A stretch of DNA of 32,000 nt from Thermodesulfobacteriota bacterium. Its GTDB lineage: Bacteria > Desulfobacterota > WTBG01 > JAGOGO01. The position numbers and the translations under genes were made by a program. The notes beneath the pieces are model-generated. The model was given only the letters and a program-made list of their open reading frames with translations. It was not told the DNA's origin and ran no database searches. The stretch is taken from the NCBI GenBank assembly GCA_026625185.1, contig CP113000.1, forward strand, positions 915,622 to 947,621. Direction: 5' to 3'. This document shows positions 1 through 9,046 of the stretch, one piece after another; position 1 is the first letter of the stretch; the number at the start of each line of letters is the position of its first letter.

Positions 1-986
1 TATACCTGATACCAACCCACAAATTTTTTCACCCCTTCTTCAATCGGAGTGGTGGGTTTAAAATCAACATCCTTTATTAAGTTCTCAACATCAGCAAACG
101 TTGCAGGAACATCACCCGGCTGGAGGGGTAAAAAATTTTTCTTGGCTTTTCTTCCCAGGCATTCTTCTAAGATCTCGATGAGGTATAAAAGCTTCACCGG
201 GTTATTATTTCCAATGTTATAAAGTTTAAACGGAGCCGCGCTCGTTGCCGGATCAGGATTTTCGCTGCTCCATTTTGGGTTAGAATCCGGAATTCTTTTC
301 ATCACCCTGATAACACCTTCGATGATATCATCGATATAGGTGAAATCACGTTCCATATTGCCGAAGTTATAAATATCAATGGGTCGATTTTCCAACATCG
401 CCTTGGTAAAAAGAAAGAGAGCCATATCCGGCCTTCCCCAGGGACCATAAACGGTAAAAAACCTAAGGCCAGTAGTGGGAATGCCAAATAAGTAACTGTA
501 ACTATGAGCCATCAATTCATTTGCTTTCTTCGTTGCCCCATAAAGGGAAATCGGATGGTCAACATTTTGATGGACAGAAAACGGCATCCTGGTATTTAAT
601 CCATAGACTGAGCTGGATGAGGCAAAGACCAGGTTTTTTACCTTAGCGTGCCGGCAGCCTTCCAGGATATTTAAAAACCCATAGATGTTACTATCAAGAT
701 AATTATAAGGGTTAATAAGCGAGTACCTCACTCCTGCCTGAGCTGCAAGGTTAACCACAACGTCAAATTCTTCGGACTTAAATAAAGAAAGAATATCTTC
801 TTTCTTTTCCAAGGAAAGTTTGATAAATTTAAATTTCTTTTTGCTCTCCAGTTGTGCTAAACGGGCCTTTTTTAATGCGACATCATAATAATCATTTAAG
901 TTATCAATGCCGACAACCTCATCCCCCTCTTCTATCAATCGCTTACAGAGGTGAAACCCGATAAACCCGGCTGCACCGGTTACCAT
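1..986 (-). CDS. NAD-dependent epimerase/dehydratase, UDP-glucuronate 4-epimerase-like (3' end runs off the window)
   Basis: Absent from the ORF track because it is open at the window edge. Reverse translation from ATG 986-984 gives [29 protein letters not shown] (GxxGxxG Rossmann), [13 protein letters not shown], and [26 protein letters not shown] (YxxxK). It ends ...WYQV at nt 3. An in-frame GTG at 1004-1002 is an alternative start. Confidence 0.9.
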   Translation of the reverse strand, partial: MVTGAAGFIGFHLCKRLIEEGDEVVGIDNLNDYYDVALKKARLAQLESKKKFKFIKLSLEKKEDILSLFKSEEFDVVVNLAAQAGVRYSLINPYNYLDSNIYGFLNILEGCRHAKVKNLVFASSSSVYGLNTRMPFSVHQNVDHPISLYGATKKANELMAHSYSYLFGIPTTGLRFFTVYGPWGRPDMALFLFTKAMLENRPIDIYNFGNMERDFTYIDDIIEGVIRVMKRIPDSNPKWSSENPDPATSAAPFKLYNIGNNNPVKLLYLIEILEECLGRKAKKNFLPLQPGDVPATFADVENLIKDVDFKPTTPIEEGVKKFVGWYQV

Positions 987-1052
987 TTTTTTACTTTTTG
1001 ACACTTTATTTGTCTCCCCCTGATTTAGGAACCATTTTTTACCTTACCTTAT

Positions 1053-1088
1053 ATACTAAAATTCTCCTCTTAAGGCGAGGATTTTTTT
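1053..1088 (+). repeat. Copy 1 of a repeated module ATACTAAA-N8-CTTAAGGCGAG-N2-T-run (hairpin tcctc/gagga plus T7)
   Basis: The same fixed blocks at the same 8-nt spacing recur at 22367-22400. It reads as a hairpin plus T-run on the + strand and lies 50-100 nt upstream of the minus-strand epimerase start. Confidence 0.5.
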
Positions 1089-1247
1089 CCTTTTTGACGA
1101 TAAGCAAATATTTTAAAGTAGCGCATTAGGCTCAGTATGACTAAACCCATAAAAAAGAAAAAATCTCATATTTTTTACAAAGTTAACATGCTGATTTAAT
1201 AAATATTTTTAATACCAGCCCATCCTATCGGCTTATAGAGGCATGAA

Positions 1248-1276
1248 TTGACTTAAGAATTTAGATGGGTTATAAG
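1248..1276 (+). promoter_or_regulatory. Sigma70-like promoter for the GAF-GspE gene
   Basis: TTGACT (1248-1253), 17-nt spacer, TATAAG (1271-1276), ~55 nt upstream of ATG 1333. Confidence 0.5.
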
Positions 1277-1332
1277 ATAAAATTAATTAATGTTCATTAA
1301 ACAAATCATCGGACAAAAAAGGAGTATCATTA

Positions 1333-3717
1333 ATGGCCTTGACCAAAGGTAACAACGTCGCAGAATTAGAAAAACTCCGGTCTCTGATCGCTTATAACGA
1401 GAGCTTAAAAAATATTACTCATCAGCTCCACCTTGCTGAAAACATTGATGATATTTTGATAAATTTTAAAGATAATATCCTTGCACTCTTTGATGCCGAG
1501 AGGATCACGATTTATGCGGTTGATCATGCCAAAAGGGAAATCTACTCAAAAATGAAAGAGGGAAATGAGATAACCGAGATTCGTCTTCCGATCGATCGGT
1601 CGAGTATTGCCGGATACTGCGCTTCTACCGGAAAAATAGTCAGTATAAACAACGCGTATGATGATAAAGAATTATATGGTTATTCTCCGGACTTAGGATT
1701 CGATAAAACTTGGGATTTGAAGACCGGTTTCAAGACGCTGCAGGTACTTGCTGCTCCATTTCTTTATGAGAAATATTTAATGGGGGTTATCCAATTGTTG
1801 AACAAAAAAACAGGGGCTACCTTTACCCAGGAAGACAAACAAATTGCAGCTGAAATGGCGGATGTGTTGGGATTAGCTTTTTATAATCAGATTCAAAAAG
1901 CAAAAAGGAAGCCTACCAAATTTGATTATCTTCTCAGCAATAACATTATATCCCAGAAGGAATTAGAGGACGCCTCTATCCGAGCACGGGTGACCCAAGG
2001 GGATATCATTAAATTTCTCATAAATTCTTACAAAATTTCCAAACAGGATATTGGTAAAAGCTTCAGTGAGTTTTATGGTGTTAAATACCAGGAGTTCGAC
2101 CCCAAAATCATTTTTAACCAAAGCATTGTTCGAAAACTAAAGGCTGATTTTATGAAGAAAAGTCTTTGGATGCCCTTTAAAGAGGAGGGAAACAATCTGG
2201 TTGTTCTTATTGACGATCCCCATGACATCCGTAAACGAGATGCGATCGAGCAGTGGGTGAAGTTTAACTATGTCAGGGCTAAAAAAGTTGAATACTGGGT
2301 CTCTCTTCCTGAAGATATTATCCAGTTTATCAATAGCGCCCTTCACACCAAAGAACTTGGTACAGAAGAAGACCCAACGTGGAAAGCAGGGACACTGAGG
2401 GTTGAATCTGTCGATATCCAAGACCTTCTTGGCGAATTGGAGGAAGGGGTTGAAGCTGATATTGAGGTGCCGGAATCTTTTTTTGATGAGGTAAAAGAAT
2501 CTGACAGTAAAGTAGTCCAGTTAGCCAATAAGATTATTATTGATGGTTATAACCAGGGGGTTTCGGACATCCACATCGAACCTTACCTGGGAAGGAAAGA
2601 TACGGAAATCCGGTTTCGTCGGGACGGAGTCTGTTTTAAATATTTGGAAGTCCCCCCTAGCCATACCAATGCCCTCATCTCCCGATTAAAAATCATGGCC
2701 CGGCTCCGCATCGAAGAAAAGCGTCTTCCCCAGGATGGAAAAATAAGGATGAGATATAAAAACAAAGACATTGAACTTCGAGTCGCAACGGTTCCTACTA
2801 CCGGGGGCAATGAAGATATGGTTTTAAGGATCTTACCCTCAGGAGAGACACTTCCGGTTGATAAAATGAATTTTTCAGAAAGAAACTTGAGGATATTTCA
2901 AAATATCGCTGACCGCCCGTATGGCTTAATCCTTTGTGTCGGGCCCACGGGATCTGGAAAAACCACTACGCTTCATTCGATCCTGGGATACATTAATAAG
3001 GTTGACCGAAAAATCTGGACTGCAGAAGATCCGGTGGAAATCACCCAATACCGCCTCCGTCAGGTCCAAATTAACCCTAATATTAAAACCCAGGATGGAC
3101 ATAGATACGACTTTGCCACCGCAATGCGGGCCTTTCTCCGCGCCGACCCGGATGTTATCATGGTGGGTGAAATGCGAGATTCAGAGACAGCAAACATTGG
3201 AATTGAAGCCTCGCTTACTGGCCATTTAGTCTTCAGCACCCTCCATACTAATAGTGCGCCGGAAACGATTACTCGCCTGATTGATATGGGTCTTGATCCG
3301 TTTAATTTTGCTGATGCTCTTTTAGGTGTTTTAGCCCAGCGTTTAGTAAGAACAATTTGCCAGGAATGTAAAGAATCCTATCACCCTTCTAAGAAAGACT
3401 TTGAGGCAATAGTGAGAGAATATGGGGAGAGTGATTTTGAAAAACTTGGGATTAGGTTTAGTGATAAATTTGTTCTTTACCGGGGAAAGGGTTGTACAGC
3501 CTGCAGCCGCTCTGGATTAAAAGGCCGGACTGCTCTTCACGAGCTTTTGGAGGGAACTGACGAGATAAAACGACTCATCGTGCAAAAAGCATCTGTGGCC
3601 GAACTCCGCAAACAAGCCATTGAAGAAGGAATGACCACCTTGCTTCAAGATGGTATAATGAAAGTCTTAAAAGGCGATACCACCCTGGAACAAGTACGGC
3701 GGGTGTGTATGAAATAA
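1333..3717 (+). CDS. GspE/PilB-family type II/IV secretion ATPase with an N-terminal GAF-like domain
   Basis: 794-aa ORF with SD aaaaaggag upstream. N-terminal GAF-like region (FDAERITIYAVDHAKREIYSK...SIAGYCASTGKIVSINNAYDD...GVIQLLNKK). T2SSE_N-like region (DYLLSNNIISQKELEDASIRARV...). Walker A GPTGSGKTTT, DPDVIMVGEMRD, His box TGHLVFSTLHTN, C-terminal CQEC...CTAC cysteine pairs. Confidence 0.9.
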   Translation: MALTKGNNVAELEKLRSLIAYNESLKNITHQLHLAENIDDILINFKDNILALFDAERITIYAVDHAKREIYSKMKEGNEITEIRLPIDRSSIAGYCASTGKIVSINNAYDDKELYGYSPDLGFDKTWDLKTGFKTLQVLAAPFLYEKYLMGVIQLLNKKTGATFTQEDKQIAAEMADVLGLAFYNQIQKAKRKPTKFDYLLSNNIISQKELEDASIRARVTQGDIIKFLINSYKISKQDIGKSFSEFYGVKYQEFDPKIIFNQSIVRKLKADFMKKSLWMPFKEEGNNLVVLIDDPHDIRKRDAIEQWVKFNYVRAKKVEYWVSLPEDIIQFINSALHTKELGTEEDPTWKAGTLRVESVDIQDLLGELEEGVEADIEVPESFFDEVKESDSKVVQLANKIIIDGYNQGVSDIHIEPYLGRKDTEIRFRRDGVCFKYLEVPPSHTNALISRLKIMARLRIEEKRLPQDGKIRMRYKNKDIELRVATVPTTGGNEDMVLRILPSGETLPVDKMNFSERNLRIFQNIADRPYGLILCVGPTGSGKTTTLHSILGYINKVDRKIWTAEDPVEITQYRLRQVQINPNIKTQDGHRYDFATAMRAFLRADPDVIMVGEMRDSETANIGIEASLTGHLVFSTLHTNSAPETITRLIDMGLDPFNFADALLGVLAQRLVRTICQECKESYHPSKKDFEAIVREYGESDFEKLGIRFSDKFVLYRGKGCTACSRSGLKGRTALHELLEGTDEIKRLIVQKASVAELRKQAIEEGMTTLLQDGIMKVLKGDTTLEQVRRVCMK

Positions 3718-3748
3718 CGCAAAGTTCCTTCCTATGTATTTTTAGGGT

Positions 3749-4255
3749 TTAATAAGGCATTCCAGGTTGCGGGGTTGAACGTTCTTTTTTCTTTTGCTCC
3801 CCTTCTTTTTCTTTTTCAATAGGACTTATCCCTTTTGTTACCTTTTTGGAATAACCTTTATCTTCCCACGAAAGCACGATTTCTTTAGCTTCTTCTTCAC
3901 CCACCTTAACTTTCAGATCAAATTTATGAGTGGTAGTTTCTTGCATTTCTTTTAAGAGCGAGAGCGAGGTTTCTTTATTAAACACTTTCAATTTATGGTC
4001 ACCGGGTTTAACTCTAATGTCGAGTTCTTTTTGCAAAAATCCGGCATCCCCACCATCAACTTCAACATAGAAGCCCGGGGCATAAATTTCATTGATGAGA
4101 ATAATGTGGCTCTTTACCTCGTTATCGGGAGGGACGTAAATTTTTTTTCCGCATCCTCCGCATATGAGAAACAAAGATATTATTCCGAGGGAACAAATAG
4201 TTACCACCAGTCTTTTTAATGCCCGCGAAGAGTTGGGAAAAAAATTTTTCTTCAT
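3749..4255 (-). CDS. Hypothetical membrane-anchored/lipoprotein-like protein (possible PEGA-like beta domain)
   Basis: 168-aa ORF with SD gaagga upstream. N-terminal hydrophobic segment ending LICGGCGKK, and a Lys/Glu-rich C-terminal tail. I recognise no family with confidence. Confidence 0.6.
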   Translation of the reverse strand: MKKNFFPNSSRALKRLVVTICSLGIISLFLICGGCGKKIYVPPDNEVKSHIILINEIYAPGFYVEVDGGDAGFLQKELDIRVKPGDHKLKVFNKETSLSLLKEMQETTTHKFDLKVKVGEEEAKEIVLSWEDKGYSKKVTKGISPIEKEKEGEQKKKERSTPQPGMPY

Positions 4256-4457
4256 AACGTTAAATCCTTCTATTTGAGTAGCCGGATACCTCCAACGATG
4301 AGAATAGTTCCCAACACCCGTGTTAAGGAAAAATCCTCCTTAAGGAAATCCGCGTGGCCTTAGCACAAAGAAAATCAAACACATCCCCTTGTGCTTTAAG
4401 ACTATACAATAACTTTAATTTTTAATTCAAGGAAAAATAATTCTCACCATCTTTAAG

Positions 4458-5195
4458 TTATTCTGCAACTATAAAGGTGTCCTGAAATCCTTTTGATTCT
4501 AATTCCCTTTGGGCTTGGATAGTATCTTCGAGGTTATTATATTTTCCAACCCGGACCTGATAAAAAATCGCGCCCTCATGGGTTTCGTAGGTGTTTATGT
4601 GGGTAGAAGAATAAAAAATGAAAAATTTTTCTTTTAAACGAAGCGCATTCTTTAGTTCTTTAAACGATCCGATCTGAACTGTGAAAACCCCGCTCCAATC
4701 AGACGATATCGCGTTATCACTAAACCCAACGACTTCCAGCGCCACGGAAGCAGTTCCTGGGCTAATAAGGCCAATTTCTTTTGCACAACAATAGGAAAGA
4801 TCAAGAATCCGGTCTTTGGCAAACGGTCCGCGGTCATTGATAACCACTACAGTTTTTTTTCCGTTTTCTAAATTGGTAACCTGGACCTTAGTTCCAAAAG
4901 GAAGGATTCTATGGGCTGCGGTATATCCGTACATGTCGTATGGTTCACCACTGGAGGTTTTTTTTCGGTGAAATTCTTCCCCATACCAGGAAGCAACCCC
5001 TTGCTCTTTATAATCCTTTACCTCCCCAAGGGGGTAATAAATTTTTCCCCCAACCATATAAGGGGGTTGCTTTTTTTTTGCTCGTGAAAGAGGTGGTATT
5101 TTTTCTGCTTTTGGTGAAGGGGGTGGGGCGTGAGTGCAACTTATAAATAAAGCAAAAAAAATAAAAAAGATTGATAAAGATAATTTCAACTTCAA
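4458..5195 (-). CDS. rlpA: Septal ring lytic transglycosylase RlpA (DPBB domain plus C-terminal SPOR domain)
   Basis: 245-aa ORF with signal/lipobox ALFISC. Contains GVASWYGEEFHRKKTSSGEPYDMYGYTAAHRILPFGTKVQVTNLENGKKTVVVINDRGPF and a SPOR-like tail FTVQIGSFKELKNALRLKEKF. The start is a TTG. Confidence 0.9.
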   Translation of the reverse strand: MKLKLSLSIFFIFFALFISCTHAPPPSPKAEKIPPLSRAKKKQPPYMVGGKIYYPLGEVKDYKEQGVASWYGEEFHRKKTSSGEPYDMYGYTAAHRILPFGTKVQVTNLENGKKTVVVINDRGPFAKDRILDLSYCCAKEIGLISPGTASVALEVVGFSDNAISSDWSGVFTVQIGSFKELKNALRLKEKFFIFYSSTHINTYETHEGAIFYQVRVGKYNNLEDTIQAQRELESKGFQDTFIVAE

Positions 5196-5323
5196 TGCTT
5201 TTTTCCGTTTTGGTTAATTCACATTTAACTTAATAGCACACTCCCCAAAAACAGACAAGGTAAGGCCAAGGCTTTAAAAAATACAAAAAAATAGCTACTT
5301 AAGAAAGGAGGTAAAAAATTTTC

Positions 5324-5354
5324 AAAAAAAAAGGAAGGCTGAAGACCTTCCTTT
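5324..5354 (-). terminator. Intrinsic terminator of the rplM-rpsI operon
   Basis: On the minus strand: AAAGGAAGG-tcttcag-CCTTCCTTT followed by a T9 run, ~35 nt after the rpsI stop. Confidence 0.8.
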
Positions 5355-5386
5355 CGTCAAGGGCGAAATTAAGACATAACAGACCG

Positions 5387-5776
5387 TTATCGTTTTGAAA
5401 ACTGAAAACGTTTTCTGGCTTTTTTCCGACCGTATTTTTTCCGTTCTTTAATGCGGGCATCCCGGCTCAAAAACCCTGCTTTTTTTAGGACATTCCGAAA
5501 ACCTTGGTTGACTTCGAGAAGTGCTTTGGCAATTCCGTGTTTGATGGCTCCGGCTTGGCCGGAAATACCCCCCCCCAATACGTTAACTTTAACATCGTAT
5601 TTTCCCAGGGTATTGGTGAGCTCGAAAGGCTGTTTAATTATCATTCGTGAGGTTTCTCGAGGGAAATAATTCTCCAACGAACATTTATTGATGAGAAAAT
5701 TGCCTTCTCCCTCCTGCAGCCAAACTCGAGCAATAGCGCACTTCCTTTTGCCGGTAGCATAAAAATAATTTTCCAA
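5387..5776 (-). CDS. rpsI: 30S ribosomal protein S9
   Basis: 129 aa: [15 protein letters not shown]...[19 protein letters not shown]...[25 protein letters not shown]. Confidence 0.98.
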   Translation of the reverse strand: MENYFYATGKRKCAIARVWLQEGEGNFLINKCSLENYFPRETSRMIIKQPFELTNTLGKYDVKVNVLGGGISGQAGAIKHGIAKALLEVNQGFRNVLKKAGFLSRDARIKERKKYGRKKARKRFQFSKR

Positions 5777-5792
5777 TTTATTACCTCAAAGG

Positions 5793-6221
5793 TTAAAGTT
5801 CTATTGTTTTGGGCTGTTGCGCCTGATGGGGATGTTCTTTACCGGGATAGACCTTTAGTTTTGTCAACATCTGCCTTCCCAAACTATTTTTTGGCAACAT
5901 TCCCCAGACTGCCTTACGGATCACATCTTCTGGTTTTTTTTGAAGAAGATCTTTCGGTGTTATTGACTTCATTCCTCCGGGGTAACCGGAATAGTGATAA
6001 TAAACTTTATCGTTAAGTTTTCTCCCGGTCAATTTTACTTTCTGGGCATTAATTACAACCACAAAGTCACCGGTATCTAAATAGGGGGTAAAAATAGGTT
6101 TGGTTTTCCCCTTTAAAATGGAGGCGATTTTGCTTGCTAATCTTCCCAATATTTTATTTTCTGCGTCAACCAAAAACCAATCTTTTTCAATCTGATCTTT
6201 TATAGGCTGTGTTGTTACCAT
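5793..6221 (-). CDS. rplM: 50S ribosomal protein L13
   Basis: 142 aa: [25 protein letters not shown]...[10 protein letters not shown]...[10 protein letters not shown]...[14 protein letters not shown]. It is immediately upstream of rpsI, the conserved operon order. Confidence 0.98.
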   Translation of the reverse strand: MVTTQPIKDQIEKDWFLVDAENKILGRLASKIASILKGKTKPIFTPYLDTGDFVVVINAQKVKLTGRKLNDKVYYHYSGYPGGMKSITPKDLLQKKPEDVIRKAVWGMLPKNSLGRQMLTKLKVYPGKEHPHQAQQPKTIEL

Positions 6222-6752
6222 ATTTTTTTCCTTAATCTTAGTAGAAATGTTCTTTTATGCTACAACTTACCGGATTTGTCAAGAAAAATTTCTAAAAAAT
6301 TTGCATACCTTAATTTAAATATGTCATTTAAAACGGGAAAGAAAATCTTTTTAATCTTCCTCATTCTGAAATATCGTACTTTTCTCAAACACTTATAAAA
6401 TTTTGTCAAGTCAAACAAGACTTTTTCGGTACGGCAACGGGCAAGACGCTTTTTAGGCGGTTGGGGAAAGTATCAGGATCAGGTCTAAAGGACGGGAGGA
6501 GAAAAGGGGACCTCCTGAAAACCTTTATGGGTTCAAAATCAACAATTATTTTCTTCCCTCTCTTTCTCCATTGCCTCAGACTTTTTGTCTTATACAGGTT
6601 TCACCACCGATATTTCCTTGCACTTTGTGGTGTAGTGGGGAAAGACAAAGGACTGGTTCATCTTCCAGCTGGTTTATGCTGGTTTGGCTTATTATGGCAG
6701 AAAATTGTTAGCGGAATTGCAACAAAAAAACAAAGGATCTCAATTCAAGCTC

Positions 6753-6780
6753 TTGATTTTGTTTTTGGTGCAGATATAAT
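6753..6780 (+). promoter_or_regulatory. Sigma70-like promoter for the DUF2284 gene
   Basis: TTGATT (6753-6758), 16-nt spacer, TATAAT (6775-6780). Confidence 0.45.
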
Positions 6781-6834
6781 TTCATATTGAGTTGGTAGTT
6801 AACATTTACAACCAAATCGTTAGTGAAAGGTTTT

Positions 6835-7356
6835 ATGTACAGAAAAACCATTAAGGAATTGAAAGACCGGGCGGTTAAGTTAGGCGCCAAGAGAAGTAAA
6901 GTCATTTCAGTAAAAACCGTTAAAACTGCAGCCTGGGTAAGGTATAAATGCCAGTTTGGATGCTCTGGCTTTGCAGAACGTCTTACCTGCCCGCCGTATT
7001 CACCTACTCCTAGGGAGACGCAAAACATACTGGATTGCTTCCAAAAAGCAATCCTCATCCATTTCCCTAAAGGTTCTAGTAGGCATAAGGATATTTCAAA
7101 GGTCGTCTTAGAAATAGAAAAAGAAGCTTTTCTTGCTGGGTATTACAAGGCTTTAGGTATGGGGGCAGGGCCTTGCCGACTTTGCACAGAATGCAACTTA
7201 ACCGGAGGGTGCCTGCATCGTGAAGAGGCGAGGCCTTCCATGGAGGCCTGCGGTATAGATGTTTTTTGTACTGCTCGTAATAATGGCTATACAATCGAAA
7301 CGCTGAATTCAACCAAGTGTAGCGCGGACTATTTCGGGATTGTACTGATTGAATGA
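6835..7356 (+). CDS. DUF2284-family predicted metal-binding (Cys-rich) protein
   Basis: The ORF track starts at GTG 6823. ATG 6835 has gaaagg 5 nt upstream. Contains WVRYKCQFGCSGFAERLTCPPYSPTPRETQ and GPCRLCTECN...GGC cysteine clusters, typical of this family as I recall it. Confidence 0.75.
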   Translation: MYRKTIKELKDRAVKLGAKRSKVISVKTVKTAAWVRYKCQFGCSGFAERLTCPPYSPTPRETQNILDCFQKAILIHFPKGSSRHKDISKVVLEIEKEAFLAGYYKALGMGAGPCRLCTECNLTGGCLHREEARPSMEACGIDVFCTARNNGYTIETLNSTKCSADYFGIVLIE

Positions 7357-7664
7357 CAAACTATTCTTTGATCCCGCTTGTAAAAAAGTTGAAATCACCA
7401 CCAAAAAATATTAACCGAAAAAGGGGAGGTTGCGTAAGATGATTGCGAGCAGGATAAATTGATTTAGCTTAAGAAAAGGCCCAATTACCAAGTCTAAAAG
7501 CGATGGATCTTTTTTGAATGGCACCCGTTAAAACATATTTTATTAATCCTTCACTTTCTCCATTAATCAATAAATTATTGGAAAAGCGCTGACCTTTTGG
7601 AGTAGAATTTGCTTAGATAAGGAGATTTCAACACCAGCAGGATTAATCACTGTCAACTTGGGTT

Positions 7665-7685
7665 TTGTTTAGGGCGCCTAAACAA
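7665..7685. promoter_or_regulatory. Palindromic candidate operator overlapping a putative promoter of the ABM gene
   Basis: TTGTTTAGG-gcg-CCTAAACAA (9-bp perfect arms), followed by TATAAA at 7687-7692, ~50 nt upstream of ATG 7738. No T-run on either strand, so it is not a terminator. Confidence 0.35.
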
Positions 7686-7737
7686 ATATAAAGCTACAGT
7701 CGCACAAAGCCCACTATTACCAAAGGAGAAGATAGAA

Positions 7738-8037
7738 ATGCCAAGTAATAAAGTAACCGTTGTGGCTCGGATCAAAGCCAAAGAAGGTTTGGAGGACAAA
7801 GTAAAGCAGGAGTTAATAAATTTACTTATACCAACGCGCTCTGAGGAAGGCTGCATCAACTACGATCTTCACCAATCAATTCAGGATAACTCCTTGTTTC
7901 TCTTTTACGAAAACTGGAAAACAGAGGAAGATCTCAAGCGGCACTTAGAAAATCAACCTCTGAAAAATTTTCTTAAGCAGGTTGATGAGCTCTTGGGTGA
8001 GCCCCTTGATGTGACACTTTGGAGCAAAATAGAGTAA
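7738..8037 (+). CDS. Antibiotic biosynthesis monooxygenase (ABM) domain protein, YgiN-like
   Basis: 99 aa with SD aaaggag. VTVVARIKAKEGLEDKVKQEL...EEGCINYDLHQS..NSLFLFYENWKTEEDLKRHL matches the ferredoxin-like ABM pattern. Confidence 0.8.
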   Translation: MPSNKVTVVARIKAKEGLEDKVKQELINLLIPTRSEEGCINYDLHQSIQDNSLFLFYENWKTEEDLKRHLENQPLKNFLKQVDELLGEPLDVTLWSKIE

Positions 8038-8281
8038 TTGATATGGAATAGGCTCTTAAGGTAACAAAATTTGTTTACTCCAAGATCTAAGCAAAATGGA
8101 TTCTGGACCCCCTGAAGGGAAGGAGTACATTTCTGTGTGATCAGGTCAATCGTTTCAGCCACGACGGATGTCATTCTTGTACCCCTCCATTTTTGTACTC
8201 CTCTCTCAACCGAGCAAAATCATTGTTTTGTGTTTGCCTTCCGGCCGAATGGAAAAATTTTTTAACCTTTTCTCTGTCATT

Positions 8282-8992
8282 TTAGGTCACTTGAGTTCCC
8301 ATAAACTTTTTCAATTCCTCCACCGCCTCGGGGAAAACCTCTCCGATCTTTTCATGGAACCGCAAAGAAGCAAACCGATCCAGGGGTGTTTCGCCTTTAT
8401 TGACAATAATGAGTTTTGCACCGGAACGTAAAGCCTCAACGGGCATTTCCGCTGCAGGCGTGACCACAAGGCTGGAACCCAAAACAATGAAAAGATCACA
8501 TTTCCGGGAATGCTCAAAAGCGAGATCCAAATCCCTTTGCGGAAGGGGCTGACCAAAATCTACCACAGTGGAAACTAAGGCTCCCCCACAGTCACATACT
8601 TTTTGTCTTGCCGAGCGGTCAATGGTCTTTTCGCAGCGCGTGCATCTAAATTTAGCTCTGTTTCCGTGGAGTTCAGCTAAAAGTTGGTTGGGGATTCCTG
8701 ACTTTAGATGAAGATTGTCAACGTTTTGGGAAATCAGGAATTTCAGCTTTCCGATTTTGTAAAGTTCCAGAACGGCCAGATGCCCGCTGTTTGGTTCAAT
8801 TTCCTCCCAGGATTTGGCCATTGGTTTTGGCGGCAAGCCCTTATCCTTTCTTGTCCAGACACCGTCAGGACCTCTAAAGTCAGGAAGGCCCGACTCGGTG
8901 CTGATCCCGGCACCAGTGAAGACAACTAGATAACGGGACTTATAAAGCAATCGAGCCAAGTTTTTTATTCTATCCCGGAAGTCTTCTTTCAT
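8282..8992 (-). CDS. cobB: NAD-dependent protein deacylase, Sir2/CobB family
   Basis: 236 aa: VVFTGAGISTESGLPDFRGPDGVW, QNVDNLHLKSG, ELHGN, Zn ribbon CTRCEK...CDCGG, VVDFGQ. Confidence 0.85.
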   Translation of the reverse strand: MKEDFRDRIKNLARLLYKSRYLVVFTGAGISTESGLPDFRGPDGVWTRKDKGLPPKPMAKSWEEIEPNSGHLAVLELYKIGKLKFLISQNVDNLHLKSGIPNQLLAELHGNRAKFRCTRCEKTIDRSARQKVCDCGGALVSTVVDFGQPLPQRDLDLAFEHSRKCDLFIVLGSSLVVTPAAEMPVEALRSGAKLIIVNKGETPLDRFASLRFHEKIGEVFPEAVEELKKFMGTQVT

Positions 8993-9046
8993 TGGTTAAG
9001 GAATCCCCTTTGATTTAAGGAGGAGAAGAGGGGACGTAGGAGAAAG

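Noticed and set aside
2137-3229. ORF-track entries inside or antisense to the GspE gene (2137-2421, 2343-2528, 2583-2810 minus; 2936-3229 plus). Similar nested ORFs occur in rlpA, rpsI, rplM, cobB, hsp20, slt, the flavoprotein gene, xseA, the purH-like gene and dxs.
   Set aside because: They overlap well-supported genes in other frames, have low-complexity or Arg/Ser-rich translations, and lack SD sequences. They are shadow ORFs.
4340-4400. TTAGCACAA...TTGTGCT inverted repeat, considered as a CIRCE/HrcA operator. Also a search for CIRCE upstream of the hsp20 operon (14127-14514).
   Set aside because: CIRCE is TTAGCACTC-N9-GAGTGCTAA. This repeat has a 20-nt spacer, different arms, and no chaperone gene next to it. 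Nothing CIRCE-like lies upstream of hsp20.
6461-7058. 109-aa (+) and 116-aa (-) ORFs in the rplM/DUF2284 spacer.
   Set aside because: They overlap each other, lack SD sequences, use odd starts, give hydrophobic or low-complexity translations, and run through the DUF2284 promoter and start. The ~600-bp spacer is treated as non-coding.
8282-8992. The Sir2-domain protein next to mobile-element debris, considered as a defence-type SIR2 NADase.
   Set aside because: It has the full canonical sirtuin signature (GAGISTESGLPDFRG, QNVDNLH, HG, Zn ribbon), a compact 236-aa size, and no fused or adjacent effector or sensor gene. It reads as an ordinary CobB-type deacylase.
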